Positions 27,886 through 37,444 of a DNA stretch of 64,000 nt are shown here, in pieces. The stretch is taken from assembly GCA_963730435.1 (NCBI GenBank), contig CAVSRT010000013.1, forward strand, positions 11,536 through 75,535, in the 5' to 3' direction. A program made the position numbers and the translations under genes. The stretch comes from an uncultured Actinomycetota bacterium (lineage in GTDB: Bacteria > Actinomycetota > Actinomycetes > Streptosporangiales > Streptosporangiaceae). Each line of letters starts with the position of its first letter. The stretch's first letter is position 1. Under the pieces are notes generated by a model, which searched no databases, was not told the origin of the DNA, and saw only the letters and a program-made list of their open reading frames with translations.

Positions 27886-29162
27886 TCAACGCAGCTGCTC
27901 CGATCCGTCCGGCCACGGCACGTCGACCTCGACCGGCTGGCTGTAGTCGACGCCTGGCACGTCGAAGCCGTATAGCTGCCAGATCTGACGCCGGAACCAG
28001 TCCAGGTCCGCCAGGCCTCCCATGAGCTCCGCTGTGCCGGCGCTCCACCGCGCCCTCAGCTCGTCCTGGACCTCGGGCGCGAGCTCGAAGTCGTCGAGGC
28101 GCAGTCTGCCCTGGCTGTCGGTCGACCCGCCGCCCCTCGCGGTGAGGTAGTCCCACAGGCGCACGGACTGGCGGACGGGCGACTGCGACGCGTCCCCGAC
28201 CACGTTGCGCAGCAGGCTCAGGTACAGGGAGATGCCCGGAATGGCCAGTGACGACAGCGTGACGGCCGCGCAGTGCGCCGACGTCAGGGCCGTCCCGCCG
28301 CCCGGCGCCAGCACCCCGGCAGGCGCCAGCACTCCGGCGCGGAGCTCAGCCGCCGTCGCCTCCAGGTGATCCTTGGCCCGGCCGATCGTGCCCTGGCGGT
28401 AGATCGGCGCCGTCAGATCGGAGCCGACATACGTCAGCGCCACGGTCTGGAAGCCGGGCGCCAGCATGCCGCGCGCGGCCAGCTCCGTCACCCAGCTGGT
28501 CCAGTCCTCGCCACCCATTACCTTGACGGTGGCCTCGATTTCCGCGTCAGTGGCCGGCTCGTGGACTGCCTCGCGCAGCACTACGCCATCGGCGAAGGCG
28601 ACCGTCCTCGCTGTGTACGCGGCGCCGATCGGCTTGACGGCCGAGTGATAGACCGTGCCGGTCAGCGGGTCGGTCCGGCGCGGCGCGGCGACGCTGTAGA
28701 TCAGCACGTCGATCGATCCAAGCCGGGCAGCCGCGCGGTCCAGCACCGCGGCCCGGACCGCCGGATCGAAGCAATCCCCGATCATGGGCTCGAACGTAAG
28801 CCCGGCATCGGTCGCCCGGCTCGCCAGCGCCGCGGTGCGGTACCAGCCGGCCGACGCGGACCGGCGCGCAGTGGCCGGCCGCTCGTAGCACAGGCTGACT
28901 ACCTCGGCGCCGTACCCGAACAGCCCGGCCACGGCCGCGGCGAGCCCGTACCCCGCGCTGCAGCCGAGTATCAGCGTCCTTCGCCCAGCCAGCCCGGCTA
29001 GCGCGGCTGCGCCCGGCCGGCCCGCAGCCGCGGCCCGGCCGCACCGGCGCGCTGCGCCGCAACCTCGCTGATCATCGTGTCGACCGTCGCCGTGCAGCCA
29101 GTCGGATGCGAGTCAAGGAAAATAAAGCCCTTGCCCTCGGGGCGGAGCACCCTGGCGACCAT
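27886..29162 (-). pseudogene. fabV: enoyl-[ACP] reductase FabV (trans-2-enoyl-CoA reductase family), reading frame interrupted near 28990-29040
   Basis: C-terminal 348 aa (track ORF 27886..28932) align to FabV (GYGLA...VKVMGGEDW...TYVGSDLTAPIYRQGTIGRAKDHLEATA). The N-terminal 54 aa (MVARVLRPEGKGFIFLDSHPTGCTATVDTMISEV...) are in another frame, starting at about 29162 after GGAAGGA and ending at a TAG at about 28998. About 46 extra nt of GC-repetitive sequence separate the two frames. Confidence 0.6.
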
Positions 29163-29293
29163 GCCTGCTGTCAGTCCTTCCAGCTTGCTGCTGATACGGC
29201 GAGAGCATATTGCGGCTGCTCGCGAATGGCACTGGCAGGATCACGGCTATGGACGAAACGCGTAGTCAGCGAGGCTGCCGACCGGTGAGCGTC

Positions 29294-29701
29294 ATGGCGC
29301 AGTTGTCGGTGCGGCGGGGCCGGCAAGCCGTCGAGTTTTACAAGAGCGCCTTCGGCGCGGTGGAGGACTACCGGGTGGGCGGCACCGACGAGAATGAGGC
29401 TGTCGTGTCTCAGCTCTCGATCGGCGAGGCGACCTTCTGGGTTGCTGACGAATCCCCTGCGCACCTCAACTTCAGTCCGGAGACGCTCGGCGGCGGCAGC
29501 ACGCGTCTGCTGCTGATCGTCGAAGACCCCGACGCCGCGATCGCCGCGGCCGTCGCAGCCGGTGCCCGCGAGGTCTACCCGGCCGCCAACGAGCACGGCT
29601 GGCGTCTCGGACGGATCGAGGACCCGTTCGGGCATCACTGGGAGATCGGCAAGCCGGTCAGGCCGTGGCCGCCCGACTGCCAGGCCGAGATTGGCAGTTA
29701 A
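29294..29701 (+). CDS. VOC family protein (glyoxalase/PhnB-like)
   Basis: Internal ATG of track ORF 29210..29701. The 135-aa product has paired bab-bbb modules (QLSVRRGRQAVEFYKSAFGA...HHWEIG). Confidence 0.55.
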   Translation: MAQLSVRRGRQAVEFYKSAFGAVEDYRVGGTDENEAVVSQLSIGEATFWVADESPAHLNFSPETLGGGSTRLLLIVEDPDAAIAAAVAAGAREVYPAANEHGWRLGRIEDPFGHHWEIGKPVRPWPPDCQAEIGS

Positions 29702-30427
29702 GCCGACACGCGAAACGCCGGAATCCCTGCAAACTCGGGAATACATAATATCTGGGATAGCCCGGCTGATGCCATGAATTAAGGGTTACCTGCGAATTGT
29801 GCGGTATCCGATGCCTAAACGACCGGTGACTTAGACATTAGCCAGATCTGACCCGTATTTGGTGACCAAGCATAGGGAGATTAGCGCGGCCTGCGGCGGC
29901 CTCGACAGCCTTTCTCAGGACGTTCGCTACGGATGTCGGCGCACCGGATACGGCTTGCTGACCTGCGAGACCACCGCGACTGCACGGACATTGGCCGATA
30001 TTCCGTGGTCTGGACTATGGCGTCAAAGACTTCTGCGCGTCGTTTTCGAGAACACTTAGCGTGGCCTGAGGATTACTCATGGTAATGTGCAGCTGTCTGG
30101 CTGGGCGGGATAACAGATTGGCAGCTAAAGGCCAGCGGAATCGTACATTCGGAGCCGACCCGAGCTTGACCGCCCAAAGCAATGTCGGCCCCGGCACCAC
30201 GCGAAAGCGGCTTTGTCACGGGGCAGTTCTGATAACCGCCATGCGCTCGCCAAGGACCGGATCGGGCCAACTCAGGTAGTGGGGTCACCGCTAGACCTGC
30301 AAGCGAGATCCGGGAGTTGCGGCATTGGCGGCACCGCGAGCCCCGAGTGACAGGCGCCCGCTTCACGTCCCGCGACCGGGAGGGGCCCGGCACGGGGTCA
30401 GAAGAACAGGAAAGGAACGCATCGAGA

Positions 30428-31318
30428 ATGCGCAAGCCCATCCTCGTACTGCCGGCGCTGGCCGCAGTGCTCATGTTCGGCGCCACGGCCGCCAACGCGG
30501 CCACCGCCGCGATCCCACACCCGAACGCTGTCGTGGGCTCGTTGTCTAACAGCAACGGGACAGCCGGTTACTACACCAACCAGTTCGGCGACACCTACAC
30601 CCAGGTGAATGGCTCGTTCTCGCTGAACAAGCCGAGTCTGTTCGCAAACGGGGCAATCGGCATCCAGCTGTGCAACGCCAGCACCGGCTACGCCGCCCAG
30701 CTCGGCGCCATCGCTAACTTCAGCGGCGGCTGGATCGTCGGTTACTTCACCGGCTACCTGAACCCGGCCACCGGGATCAACGGCGACCCGTGCGATGGCA
30801 ACGTGTTCCTGGACCACGTCACCGGAGCCGGCTTTACCGCTCTCGGCACGGTCGCCGCCGGCACTACGGTGCAGGCGCAGATCAAGGAAGTGCACCACGG
30901 CCTGGTCTTCACTGTTGCAGACGGCCCGACCGCGAACTTCAGCTACTTCCTTCCGTCCTTCCCTGGCTACTTCAACGAGGCAGCCGCGGGCATCACCGAG
31001 AACCTGTCGCTGATCTCGGCTCCGGCCACCAATGACCTGAGCGACTTCTTTGGCGTTACCGCCACCGATGTCAACGGCGTCACTGGCGGACTGGCCACCT
31101 GGAACGCGGTCATGGTCTCGAGCGGGTTCCCGGGCTATGCACCGCTGGTCACCCCCACGGCGATCACGCCGGCCACCGGTCAGGTGTGCACCTGGGTGAA
31201 CGGCCACTGGAGCCCGTGGAGGCACCACCACCACCACTGGGTCAAGGGTCACTGGTCCTGCACTGGCGGCGGACCGTCGTCGTTCTCGATCTACGCCGGA
31301 TCGCCAGTTCAGATCTAG
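30428..31318 (+). CDS. secreted hypothetical protein, Gly/Thr/Asn-rich with C-terminal His-rich tail (WRHHHHHWVKGHW)
   Basis: The ATG is preceded by GAAAGGAAC. Signal peptide MRKPILVLPALAAVLMFGATAANAATA. No recognisable catalytic motif. The gene and its 0.7-kb leader have lower GC than the surroundings. Confidence 0.55.
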   Translation: MRKPILVLPALAAVLMFGATAANAATAAIPHPNAVVGSLSNSNGTAGYYTNQFGDTYTQVNGSFSLNKPSLFANGAIGIQLCNASTGYAAQLGAIANFSGGWIVGYFTGYLNPATGINGDPCDGNVFLDHVTGAGFTALGTVAAGTTVQAQIKEVHHGLVFTVADGPTANFSYFLPSFPGYFNEAAAGITENLSLISAPATNDLSDFFGVTATDVNGVTGGLATWNAVMVSSGFPGYAPLVTPTAITPATGQVCTWVNGHWSPWRHHHHHWVKGHWSCTGGGPSSFSIYAGSPVQI

Positions 31319-31360
31319 TCCTGATCAGGTAGCAACTTCCTGATCAGATAGCAAGGCAAG

Positions 31361-31405
31361 GCCGCGCGCCTCGGGTCAACGCCCGAGGCGCGCGGCTTTT
31401 GCGTT
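31361..31405. terminator. intrinsic (rho-independent) terminator, bidirectional position between convergent genes
   Basis: GCCGCGCGCCTCGGG-TCAAC-GCCCGAGGCGCGCGGC followed by TTTTGCGTT. It is preceded by the direct repeat CTGATCAGRTAGCAA x2. Confidence 0.55.
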
Positions 31406-31412
31406 GAGCCCT

Positions 31413-32588
31413 CTAGGCCTGCTGGCCGCCGTTGGACTCCGTGAGCTGGGCCGAATTGGCCGTCGCCGAGTTGGCCGTCCCGTCGAGCAGCGCGACTTCC
31501 TTGCTTGGCGGCACGGACAGGCTCCGCTTCACCGACTCCAGGATGGTTAGGCCCTGGCTGACCAGGCCAGCGGCGATCTCGCTGAGTCCGTCGGCTCCGT
31601 TGAGCACGCTGACATTAGCGCCGGCAAGTCCGGCCGCCGCCTCCTTGACGATCATCGGCAGCTGCTCGATCAGCATCCGGTCCAGCGCCACCCTGTTGTT
31701 GGACGCGGCCGCCGCTGCCTGGAGCCTGGTCCGCTGCGCGTCGGCCTCGGCGAGGATCCTGACCTTCTCCGCCTCGGCCTCGGCCGGCTTGACCACCTCG
31801 GCCACCAGCTGCCGCTGCCGGAGCTCGGCCTGCCTGTGCGCCAGGTCCGTCTGCGCCGAGAGCACGCTCATCTGCGCCTGGGCCTGCGCGAGCGGTCCGG
31901 ACTGGGCGGCTTCCGCCTGGGCCTTGTCCACCTCAGCCTTGTACTGCGCCTGCACGACCATGGTCTGCCGCTGGTACTCGGCCTGCGCGCGCTGCGACTG
32001 CTGCTGGGCCTCAGCGGATGCCTGATTGGCCTGCGCCTGCGCGATCTGGGCCTGGCGCTGGATGGCGGCGTTGTGCGGCGCGGCCATCGCGTCGATGTAG
32101 CCGCTGTTCATGTCGTCGATGGACTGGATCTGGAGCGAGTCCACCGTCAGCCCGATCTTGGCCATCTCGGCCTTCGAGCCGTCGAGCACCTCGGTGGCCA
32201 GCTTCTGCCGCTCGGTGACGATCTCCTCGACGGTCATCGAGCCGATGATGGAGCGCAGGTGCCCGGCGAAGATCCGGCCGGTCAGCGTCGACATCTGGTC
32301 CTGGTCGGACAGGAACCGCTGCCCGGCGTTGACGATGCTCTCGTCGTCGTTGCCCACCTTGAACGCGATGACGGCGCGGACGTTGAGCGAGATGCCCTGC
32401 TTAGTCACGCAGGTCTCGGAGACCTCGGACTCGCACATCGACAGCGTGAGGTAACGGGCCTTGCGGAAGAACGGGGCGACGAAGGTACCGTGCCCGACAA
32501 CGACTTTGAATGGTGCCCCGCTCCGGCGCGAACGGCCACCCGAAATCAGCATGGCCTGGTCTGGCGCAGGCACCCGGTAACCCAACAT
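31413..32588 (-). CDS. flotillin family protein (SPFH/band 7 domain, FloT-like)
   Basis: N-terminus MLGYRVPAPDQAMLISGG...APFFRKARYLTLSM is the typical actinobacterial flotillin start. A long Ala/Gln-rich coiled-coil (flotillin repeats) follows. The ATG is 9 nt after GGAG. Confidence 0.8.
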   Translation of the reverse strand: MLGYRVPAPDQAMLISGGRSRRSGAPFKVVVGHGTFVAPFFRKARYLTLSMCESEVSETCVTKQGISLNVRAVIAFKVGNDDESIVNAGQRFLSDQDQMSTLTGRIFAGHLRSIIGSMTVEEIVTERQKLATEVLDGSKAEMAKIGLTVDSLQIQSIDDMNSGYIDAMAAPHNAAIQRQAQIAQAQANQASAEAQQQSQRAQAEYQRQTMVVQAQYKAEVDKAQAEAAQSGPLAQAQAQMSVLSAQTDLAHRQAELRQRQLVAEVVKPAEAEAEKVRILAEADAQRTRLQAAAAASNNRVALDRMLIEQLPMIVKEAAAGLAGANVSVLNGADGLSEIAAGLVSQGLTILESVKRSLSVPPSKEVALLDGTANSATANSAQLTESNGGQQA

Positions 32589-32660
32589 CTCTCTCATCTC
32601 CAGTTGTGACCCCGTGCCGGTCACTATGCCGGCTTATCCCAGTATGTTCCTTGCGCCGGG

Positions 32661-32903
32661 CTACTCGGAGCTAGCTTCGCCGAATTCGCCAAGCGGATCG
32701 GTCCACGCGCTCACGTCGACGACTCGGTGGCCACGGGATTCGATGACCAGCACTGTGGCGCCCTTCGGCAAGGGCTCCGCTGACCAGGCAATAAAGGCCT
32801 CCCGGCCGCCGCGCACGCTGACCACGACCTCGCCGGGGCCGGCCGGGCCGCGACAGGCCACGGTGAGCTTGCCGATGCAGCCGATGAGAGCCTCGTCAAC
32901 CAT
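32661..32903 (-). CDS. NfeD-like C-terminal OB-fold domain protein (flotillin partner)
   Basis: 80-aa product with the beta-barrel pattern G.L.V......G.V.V.G....A.S.E.L..G..V.V. It lies immediately upstream of and co-oriented with the flotillin gene. Confidence 0.5.
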   Translation of the reverse strand: MVDEALIGCIGKLTVACRGPAGPGEVVVSVRGGREAFIAWSAEPLPKGATVLVIESRGHRVVDVSAWTDPLGEFGEASSE

Positions 32904-33181
32904 CGCCAGCCATCCTCACGACGTCATCTGCCTGATGCTCATTATCGCCGCGGGAATAGCCTGGACGGCCTGCCCGTTGTAGCCCTCGTCGGTGCGCTGT
33001 GTCCCCCGGGCCGCAACTACCGCCTTCGCGGAATACCGTCTGGCTGGAGCCGCGTCGTGCCACTCGCCGAGAGGCGACCTCGCACCGACACCGGCACGCC
33101 CTCGTGAGCTGACGCTCTCGGGGGCGTCGTCATGTCCGGCGCCACCCTGGGGCGGCCGCGGGGTGACCGTAGTCGCGGCCG

Positions 33182-34033
33182 TCAGCGGACCCTGGCAGCG
33201 GCGAGCTGGCGGCACAGCAACGCGGGCGCCTCGGTCAGAGATGGTCCGTACCACGTCAGATGGCGGCCGCTGACCAGCGCGGTCCGGCTGCCGGGGAATG
33301 CCTCCGGCCCGTCGGAGGCGGTGAAGCGGTACGGCTCGTCTGGCAGCACGACCAGGTCAGCGGCCGCGTTTCGCAGCTCGCCGATGCCGATGCGTGGGTA
33401 GCGGTCCGGGTGGGCGGCGTACAGGTTCGTGACGCCGAGCCTGGCCAGCAGGTCCCCCGCGAAGGTGTCGCTGCCGAGAACCATCCACGGCCGCCGCCAG
33501 ATCGGCACCACGGCGGCAAGGCTCCCGCCGGGCAGTGGCTGTCGCCAGGCTGACTCGGCAGCATCCAGCCAGGCCGGGCCGGGCTGCCTGCACGCCAGCG
33601 TGATCATCCGGCGGAGCGAGGCGAACGCCTCGGGCAGGTCGCGGATCCTGGTGACCCAGACCGCCACTCCCGCCGAGCGCAGCGCATCCAGGTCGGGCTG
33701 CCGGTTCTCCTCCTCGTTGGCCAGTACGACGTCCGGCCGTAGCGCGACCGTCTGGCTGATGTCCGGGTTCTTGGTCCCGCCAATGCGCGCGACCGTCAGA
33801 TCGGCCGGATGCGTGCACCAGTTAGTGGCACCGACAAGCAGGCCGGGTGCGCAAGAGGCCACGGTCTCGGTGAGCGACGGCACAAGTGACACCACGCGCC
33901 TGATGACCGGCGGCAGCGGGACGAGCAAGCCAGTGTCGTCGATGGCCGCGTCGACGATGGCGGTGTCGTCGACGATGGCGGTCGCGTCCATGCCCGGCGT
34001 CGAGGCGCTCGCCGGTCCCATAACCTCGCCCAT
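33182..34033 (-). CDS. periplasmic-binding-protein-like (class III, helical-backbone) cobalamin/siderophore-binding family protein, no obvious signal peptide
   Basis: Pattern RVVSLVPSLTETVAS...GGTKNPDISQTVALRPDVVLANEEEN... is typical of TroA/BtuF-like PBPs. It is divergent from the siderophore-interacting protein gene. Confidence 0.6.
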   Translation of the reverse strand: MGEVMGPASASTPGMDATAIVDDTAIVDAAIDDTGLLVPLPPVIRRVVSLVPSLTETVASCAPGLLVGATNWCTHPADLTVARIGGTKNPDISQTVALRPDVVLANEEENRQPDLDALRSAGVAVWVTRIRDLPEAFASLRRMITLACRQPGPAWLDAAESAWRQPLPGGSLAAVVPIWRRPWMVLGSDTFAGDLLARLGVTNLYAAHPDRYPRIGIGELRNAAADLVVLPDEPYRFTASDGPEAFPGSRTALVSGRHLTWYGPSLTEAPALLCRQLAAARVR

Positions 34034-34221
34034 CGTGCGCCCCCAGACACGGCGATCCCCGTTGACCGCCGCCGATCGCCACCATTGTGGCCGGATTCGA
34101 GGGCCGATACCAGCCTCAAGTTCGGCCCGGGCTCTCGCATACGCTGAGTGCTCGGCCGCCGGCCACGCGCGCCGCGCCCGCCGACCGGCTGCGGCCCCTG
34201 CTGAGGAAGAGGCTTAACCCG

Positions 34222-35022
34222 ATGACTGACGCCGTACCGCAGCCCGTCATTGCTGACCTGGACGACCCCTTCGCCCAGCTCACCGGCTCGCTCGCGGACA
34301 CCAGGAAGCTGCACTTCGAAGTGGTGAGCAGCACCGTGCTCACGCCGCACATGCAGCGCCTCGAGCTGACAGCCGCCGAGCTCGATGGCTTTACCTACAT
34401 GCCCGGCCAGGACGTCATGCTCCTAGTCGCCGCCGAGGGCCGCAGGCCGGTCAGGCGCCGCTACACCATCCGGTCCTTCGACCGGGCGCGCCTGCAGCTC
34501 ACGATCGACGTCGTCCTGCACGGCGATGGCCCGGGCGAGCGCTGGATTCGCGCGGCGCAGCCTGGCGACCGGATCGAGGGCATCGGGCCGCGGGGCAAGG
34601 TGTTTCCTTCGGTCTCGGCGGACTGGCATCTGTTCATGGGTGACGAGGCCGCGATGCCGGCGATCCTGGCGATGACGGAGTCACTGCCGGGGGACGCCGA
34701 CGCCACGCTGGTGCTCGAGGTCCCGGACCCGGACGACGAGCAGGAAGTGCTGGCGCCGGCCAGGACCCGGGTCAGCTGGCTGCACCGGCTCGGCCGCCCC
34801 GTCGGCGATCCCGCGTCGTCCTTGCTCGCGGCCGAGGCCGCCGAGGTGGAGCTGCCATCGGGCAGCGGTCACGCCTACCTGCTCGGCGAGGCCTCCGTTG
34901 TGCTGGCGCTGCGCGAGCGGCTGGCCGCACGCGGCCTGCCGCAGGACCAGATGTCACCCAAGGCCTACTGGGGCCGCGGTCGCGCAAACGGCGGGCACGG
35001 CGAGCCGGCCAAGGACGCCTGA
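34222..35022 (+). CDS. siderophore-interacting protein (SIP/ViuB-type ferric-siderophore reductase, FAD_binding_9 plus SIP)
   Basis: RRYTIRS flavin-binding motif, GPRGK, and C-terminal NAD(P)-binding region (YLLGEASVVLALRERL). The ATG is preceded by GAGGAAGAGG. Confidence 0.75.
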   Translation: MTDAVPQPVIADLDDPFAQLTGSLADTRKLHFEVVSSTVLTPHMQRLELTAAELDGFTYMPGQDVMLLVAAEGRRPVRRRYTIRSFDRARLQLTIDVVLHGDGPGERWIRAAQPGDRIEGIGPRGKVFPSVSADWHLFMGDEAAMPAILAMTESLPGDADATLVLEVPDPDDEQEVLAPARTRVSWLHRLGRPVGDPASSLLAAEAAEVELPSGSGHAYLLGEASVVLALRERLAARGLPQDQMSPKAYWGRGRANGGHGEPAKDA

Positions 35023-35100
35023 CCGGGCCTGCTGACCGGGCCCGCTGACCTGGCCCGCTGGCACGGGCTTGCTGACCGGGCCTGCGGCCCTCGGCAGGGG
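35023..35100. repeat. degenerate about 12-bp tandem repeat (GCTGACCGGGCC)n downstream of SIP gene
   Basis: ccgggcctgctgaccgggcccgctgacctggcccgctggcacgggcttgctgaccgggcctgcggccc. Confidence 0.6.
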
Positions 35101-35201
35101 CAGATTCCAGGCACGACTTCGCCGCGAATACCATCCGGGCCAGCCATTAAATGGCTAATCAAACAACTGTTCTTTCTCAATAGGCATGAACCTGCCTCAT
35201 A

Positions 35202-37310
35202 ATGAAGGGAATCCAGCCGTGGCCCGCTCTGCCGGAAAGGAGCGCTTCGGTGGCATCCGCAGTGGCGGCAGAGGTCTCCGCCGTGCTGGCCAACACCTCG
35301 ACCCGGACGCTCATACTCGGGATCGATAAGACTGGCCAGATCCGGCAGCACGACCGTGGCGCCGGTGACGTTCTGGCTGTGGAGCCGGGCGCGCTGATCG
35401 GGACCGACCTAGGTTCGTTGCTGGCCGTGCCCGACGGGCCGTCGGCCAAGGTTCTCCAGTCGCTGATCGATAGCGCGTGCTCCGACCGCGAGGGCACGAC
35501 GGTGCTGGCATTCCGCACGGCCAACGGCGCTACGGCCGAAGCGGTGGTCACGGTACAGCCGATCCGTTCGGCGGACCCCGAGCTGGCCGCGCAGGTCATC
35601 ATGCGGATCGCGCCGCCGGTGCAGGAGCGATTCCTGGACCCCGCGGTCATGCGACGGGTCATGGTGGACGGCGCCGTGCGGCGTATCGCCGGCGCGCTCG
35701 ACATCGACCAGATGGCGCCAGACCTGATCAACATCATCGTCCCGCACTTCTGCAACGCGGCCGGCCTGGTCGTACTGGAGAGCCTTGTCGGCGAGGACGA
35801 GTTCCCATCCGAGTCGCTCGACGGCACGGAGCTGATCCGCCGTCTCGCCGTCGCCCACGACGACGGCGATGCAGCCTGGGACGCCGCGTTCCCGACTGGC
35901 GAGATCCTGCGCTACCCGCCCGATACCCCGTACACCCAGTGCATGGAGTCCGGCCTTCCGGTGTGCCAGGTCGTGAACCGCGACAGCGCCGACTCGATGG
36001 CGGCCGCGTGGATCCGCCGACCGGTCGCCGAGTTGCTGTCCGGCGTCTCCATGCTGCTGCTGCCCCTCATCGCGCGCGACGTGATGCTCGGCTTCTTCAT
36101 CTGCGTCCGTCAGGTGGGCTACCGGCGGTTCGATGCCTACGACATCGAGATCGGGATGGAATTCGCGTCCCGTGCCGCGATCTTCATGGACAACGCTCAG
36201 CGGTACAGCCGCGAGCGCGCCACCGCCCTGACGCTGCAGCGCAGCATGCTGCCGACCGGCCTGTCGGCCCCGTCCTCCGTTGAGGTGCGGCACCGCTACC
36301 TGCCCGGCAGCAAGCTAATCGAGGTCGGCGGTGACTGGTATGAGTCGATCGCGCTGCCCGGCGGCCGGGTGGCGCTAGTCGTTGGCGACGTGGCCGGTCA
36401 CGGCGTCCGCGCCGCGGTGACCATGGGGCGGCTGCGCACCGCAATCCACACCTTGGCCATGCTGGAGCTGCCGCCTGCGGAGACGCTCCAGCACCTGAAC
36501 GAGCTGATGCAAGAGCTAGGGGTTCGCGAGCCGCACTTCGCGACCTGCGTGTACGCGGTCTTCGATGCGGTGAGCGGGACCTGCGAGGTCGCCTCGGCCG
36601 GCCACCTGCCACCGCTGCTGGTCCGGCCGGACGGGACCAACGAGTTCCTTGACGTCAATCCGGCCCCGCCGCTCGGCGTCGGTACCGGCCTGATTCAGAG
36701 CCGGACGCTCACCATCGAGGACGGCAGCCTGCTGGTGCTGTACACCGACGGGCTGGTGGAAAAGCGCAGCCGGGACATCGATGAGGGACTAGACCGGCTG
36801 CGCGAGATCTTCGGACCCGGGTCGGCGGACCAGCCGCTCGAGGACCTGTGCCGGGCCACGCTGGCCGGCGTCTACGCCGACGAGCACCGCGACGACATCG
36901 CCGTGCTGATGGCCAGGCTGCGGCGGATCCCGTCCGATCACGTGGTGAGCTGGACGCTGCCGTCCGAGCTCACCTCGGCGAGCCGCGCAAGGTCGCTGAT
37001 CCGGCGGCCGCTGCGGCGCTGGGGCCTGTCTGAGCTGCAGCCAACCGCGGAACTGCTCGTCTCCGAGCTCGTCACCAACGCGGTCCGCTATGCCCAGGGC
37101 AAGATCGGGCTCCGGCTGGTGCTGGAGGGCGGCCTGGTCTGCGAGGTGCTCGACGAATCAGCGGCGCTGCCGCGACTGCGCCACCCGGACGACTCCGACG
37201 AGCGCGGCCGCGGCCTTCAGGTCGTGAGTCAGCTCGCGCAACGCTGGGGTGCCAGGAGAGCGGCGTCCGGCAAGGTCGTCTGGTGCGAGCTGCCCCTGCC
37301 GTACTCGTGA
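35202..37310 (+). CDS. GAF domain-containing PP2C (SpoIIE) family protein-serine/threonine phosphatase fused to a C-terminal HATPase_c (RsbW-like anti-sigma-factor kinase) domain
   Basis: PP2C motifs (VGGDWYE, VGDVAGHGVRAA, LYTDGLVE) follow a GAF-like region. C-terminal ELVTNAVRYAQG...DESAALPRL...ERGRGLQVVSQLAQRWG kinase-like ATPase fold. Confidence 0.8.
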   Translation: MKGIQPWPALPERSASVASAVAAEVSAVLANTSTRTLILGIDKTGQIRQHDRGAGDVLAVEPGALIGTDLGSLLAVPDGPSAKVLQSLIDSACSDREGTTVLAFRTANGATAEAVVTVQPIRSADPELAAQVIMRIAPPVQERFLDPAVMRRVMVDGAVRRIAGALDIDQMAPDLINIIVPHFCNAAGLVVLESLVGEDEFPSESLDGTELIRRLAVAHDDGDAAWDAAFPTGEILRYPPDTPYTQCMESGLPVCQVVNRDSADSMAAAWIRRPVAELLSGVSMLLLPLIARDVMLGFFICVRQVGYRRFDAYDIEIGMEFASRAAIFMDNAQRYSRERATALTLQRSMLPTGLSAPSSVEVRHRYLPGSKLIEVGGDWYESIALPGGRVALVVGDVAGHGVRAAVTMGRLRTAIHTLAMLELPPAETLQHLNELMQELGVREPHFATCVYAVFDAVSGTCEVASAGHLPPLLVRPDGTNEFLDVNPAPPLGVGTGLIQSRTLTIEDGSLLVLYTDGLVEKRSRDIDEGLDRLREIFGPGSADQPLEDLCRATLAGVYADEHRDDIAVLMARLRRIPSDHVVSWTLPSELTSASRARSLIRRPLRRWGLSELQPTAELLVSELVTNAVRYAQGKIGLRLVLEGGLVCEVLDESAALPRLRHPDDSDERGRGLQVVSQLAQRWGARRAASGKVVWCELPLPYS

Positions 37311-37311
37311 C

Positions 37312-37420
37312 GCCCGCGGTATTCGCCACGACCGCAGTACTCGCGACGCCCGCGGTACTCGCGACGCCCGCGGTACTCGCGACGCCCGCGGTACTCGCGA
37401 TCCCCGAGTAGTGCTGACAG
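37312..37420. repeat. tandem repeat, 18-bp unit ACGCCCGCGGTACTCGCG x5 between convergent genes
   Basis: gacgcccgcggtactcgcgacgcccgcggtactcgcgacgcccgcggtactcgcga... read directly. Confidence 0.8.
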
Positions 37421-37444
37421 CTGCAGGCCCGGCTCGACGCTTGG

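Noticed and set aside
29859-30059. 66-aa ORF inside the low-GC leader upstream of the secreted-protein gene
   Set aside because: No RBS and no conserved features, and the composition looks non-coding. It is kept only as part of the leader observation.
32916-33254. 112-aa ORF upstream of nfeD-like gene
   Set aside because: Low-complexity Arg/Ala/Pro-rich translation typical of an out-of-frame GC-rich read. Mentioned only as a possible remnant of a longer nfeD.
14183-37420. Tandem arrays considered as possible CRISPR arrays
   Set aside because: Units are 15-18 nt and contiguous with no unique spacers, and no cas genes are present, so these are simple tandem repeats.
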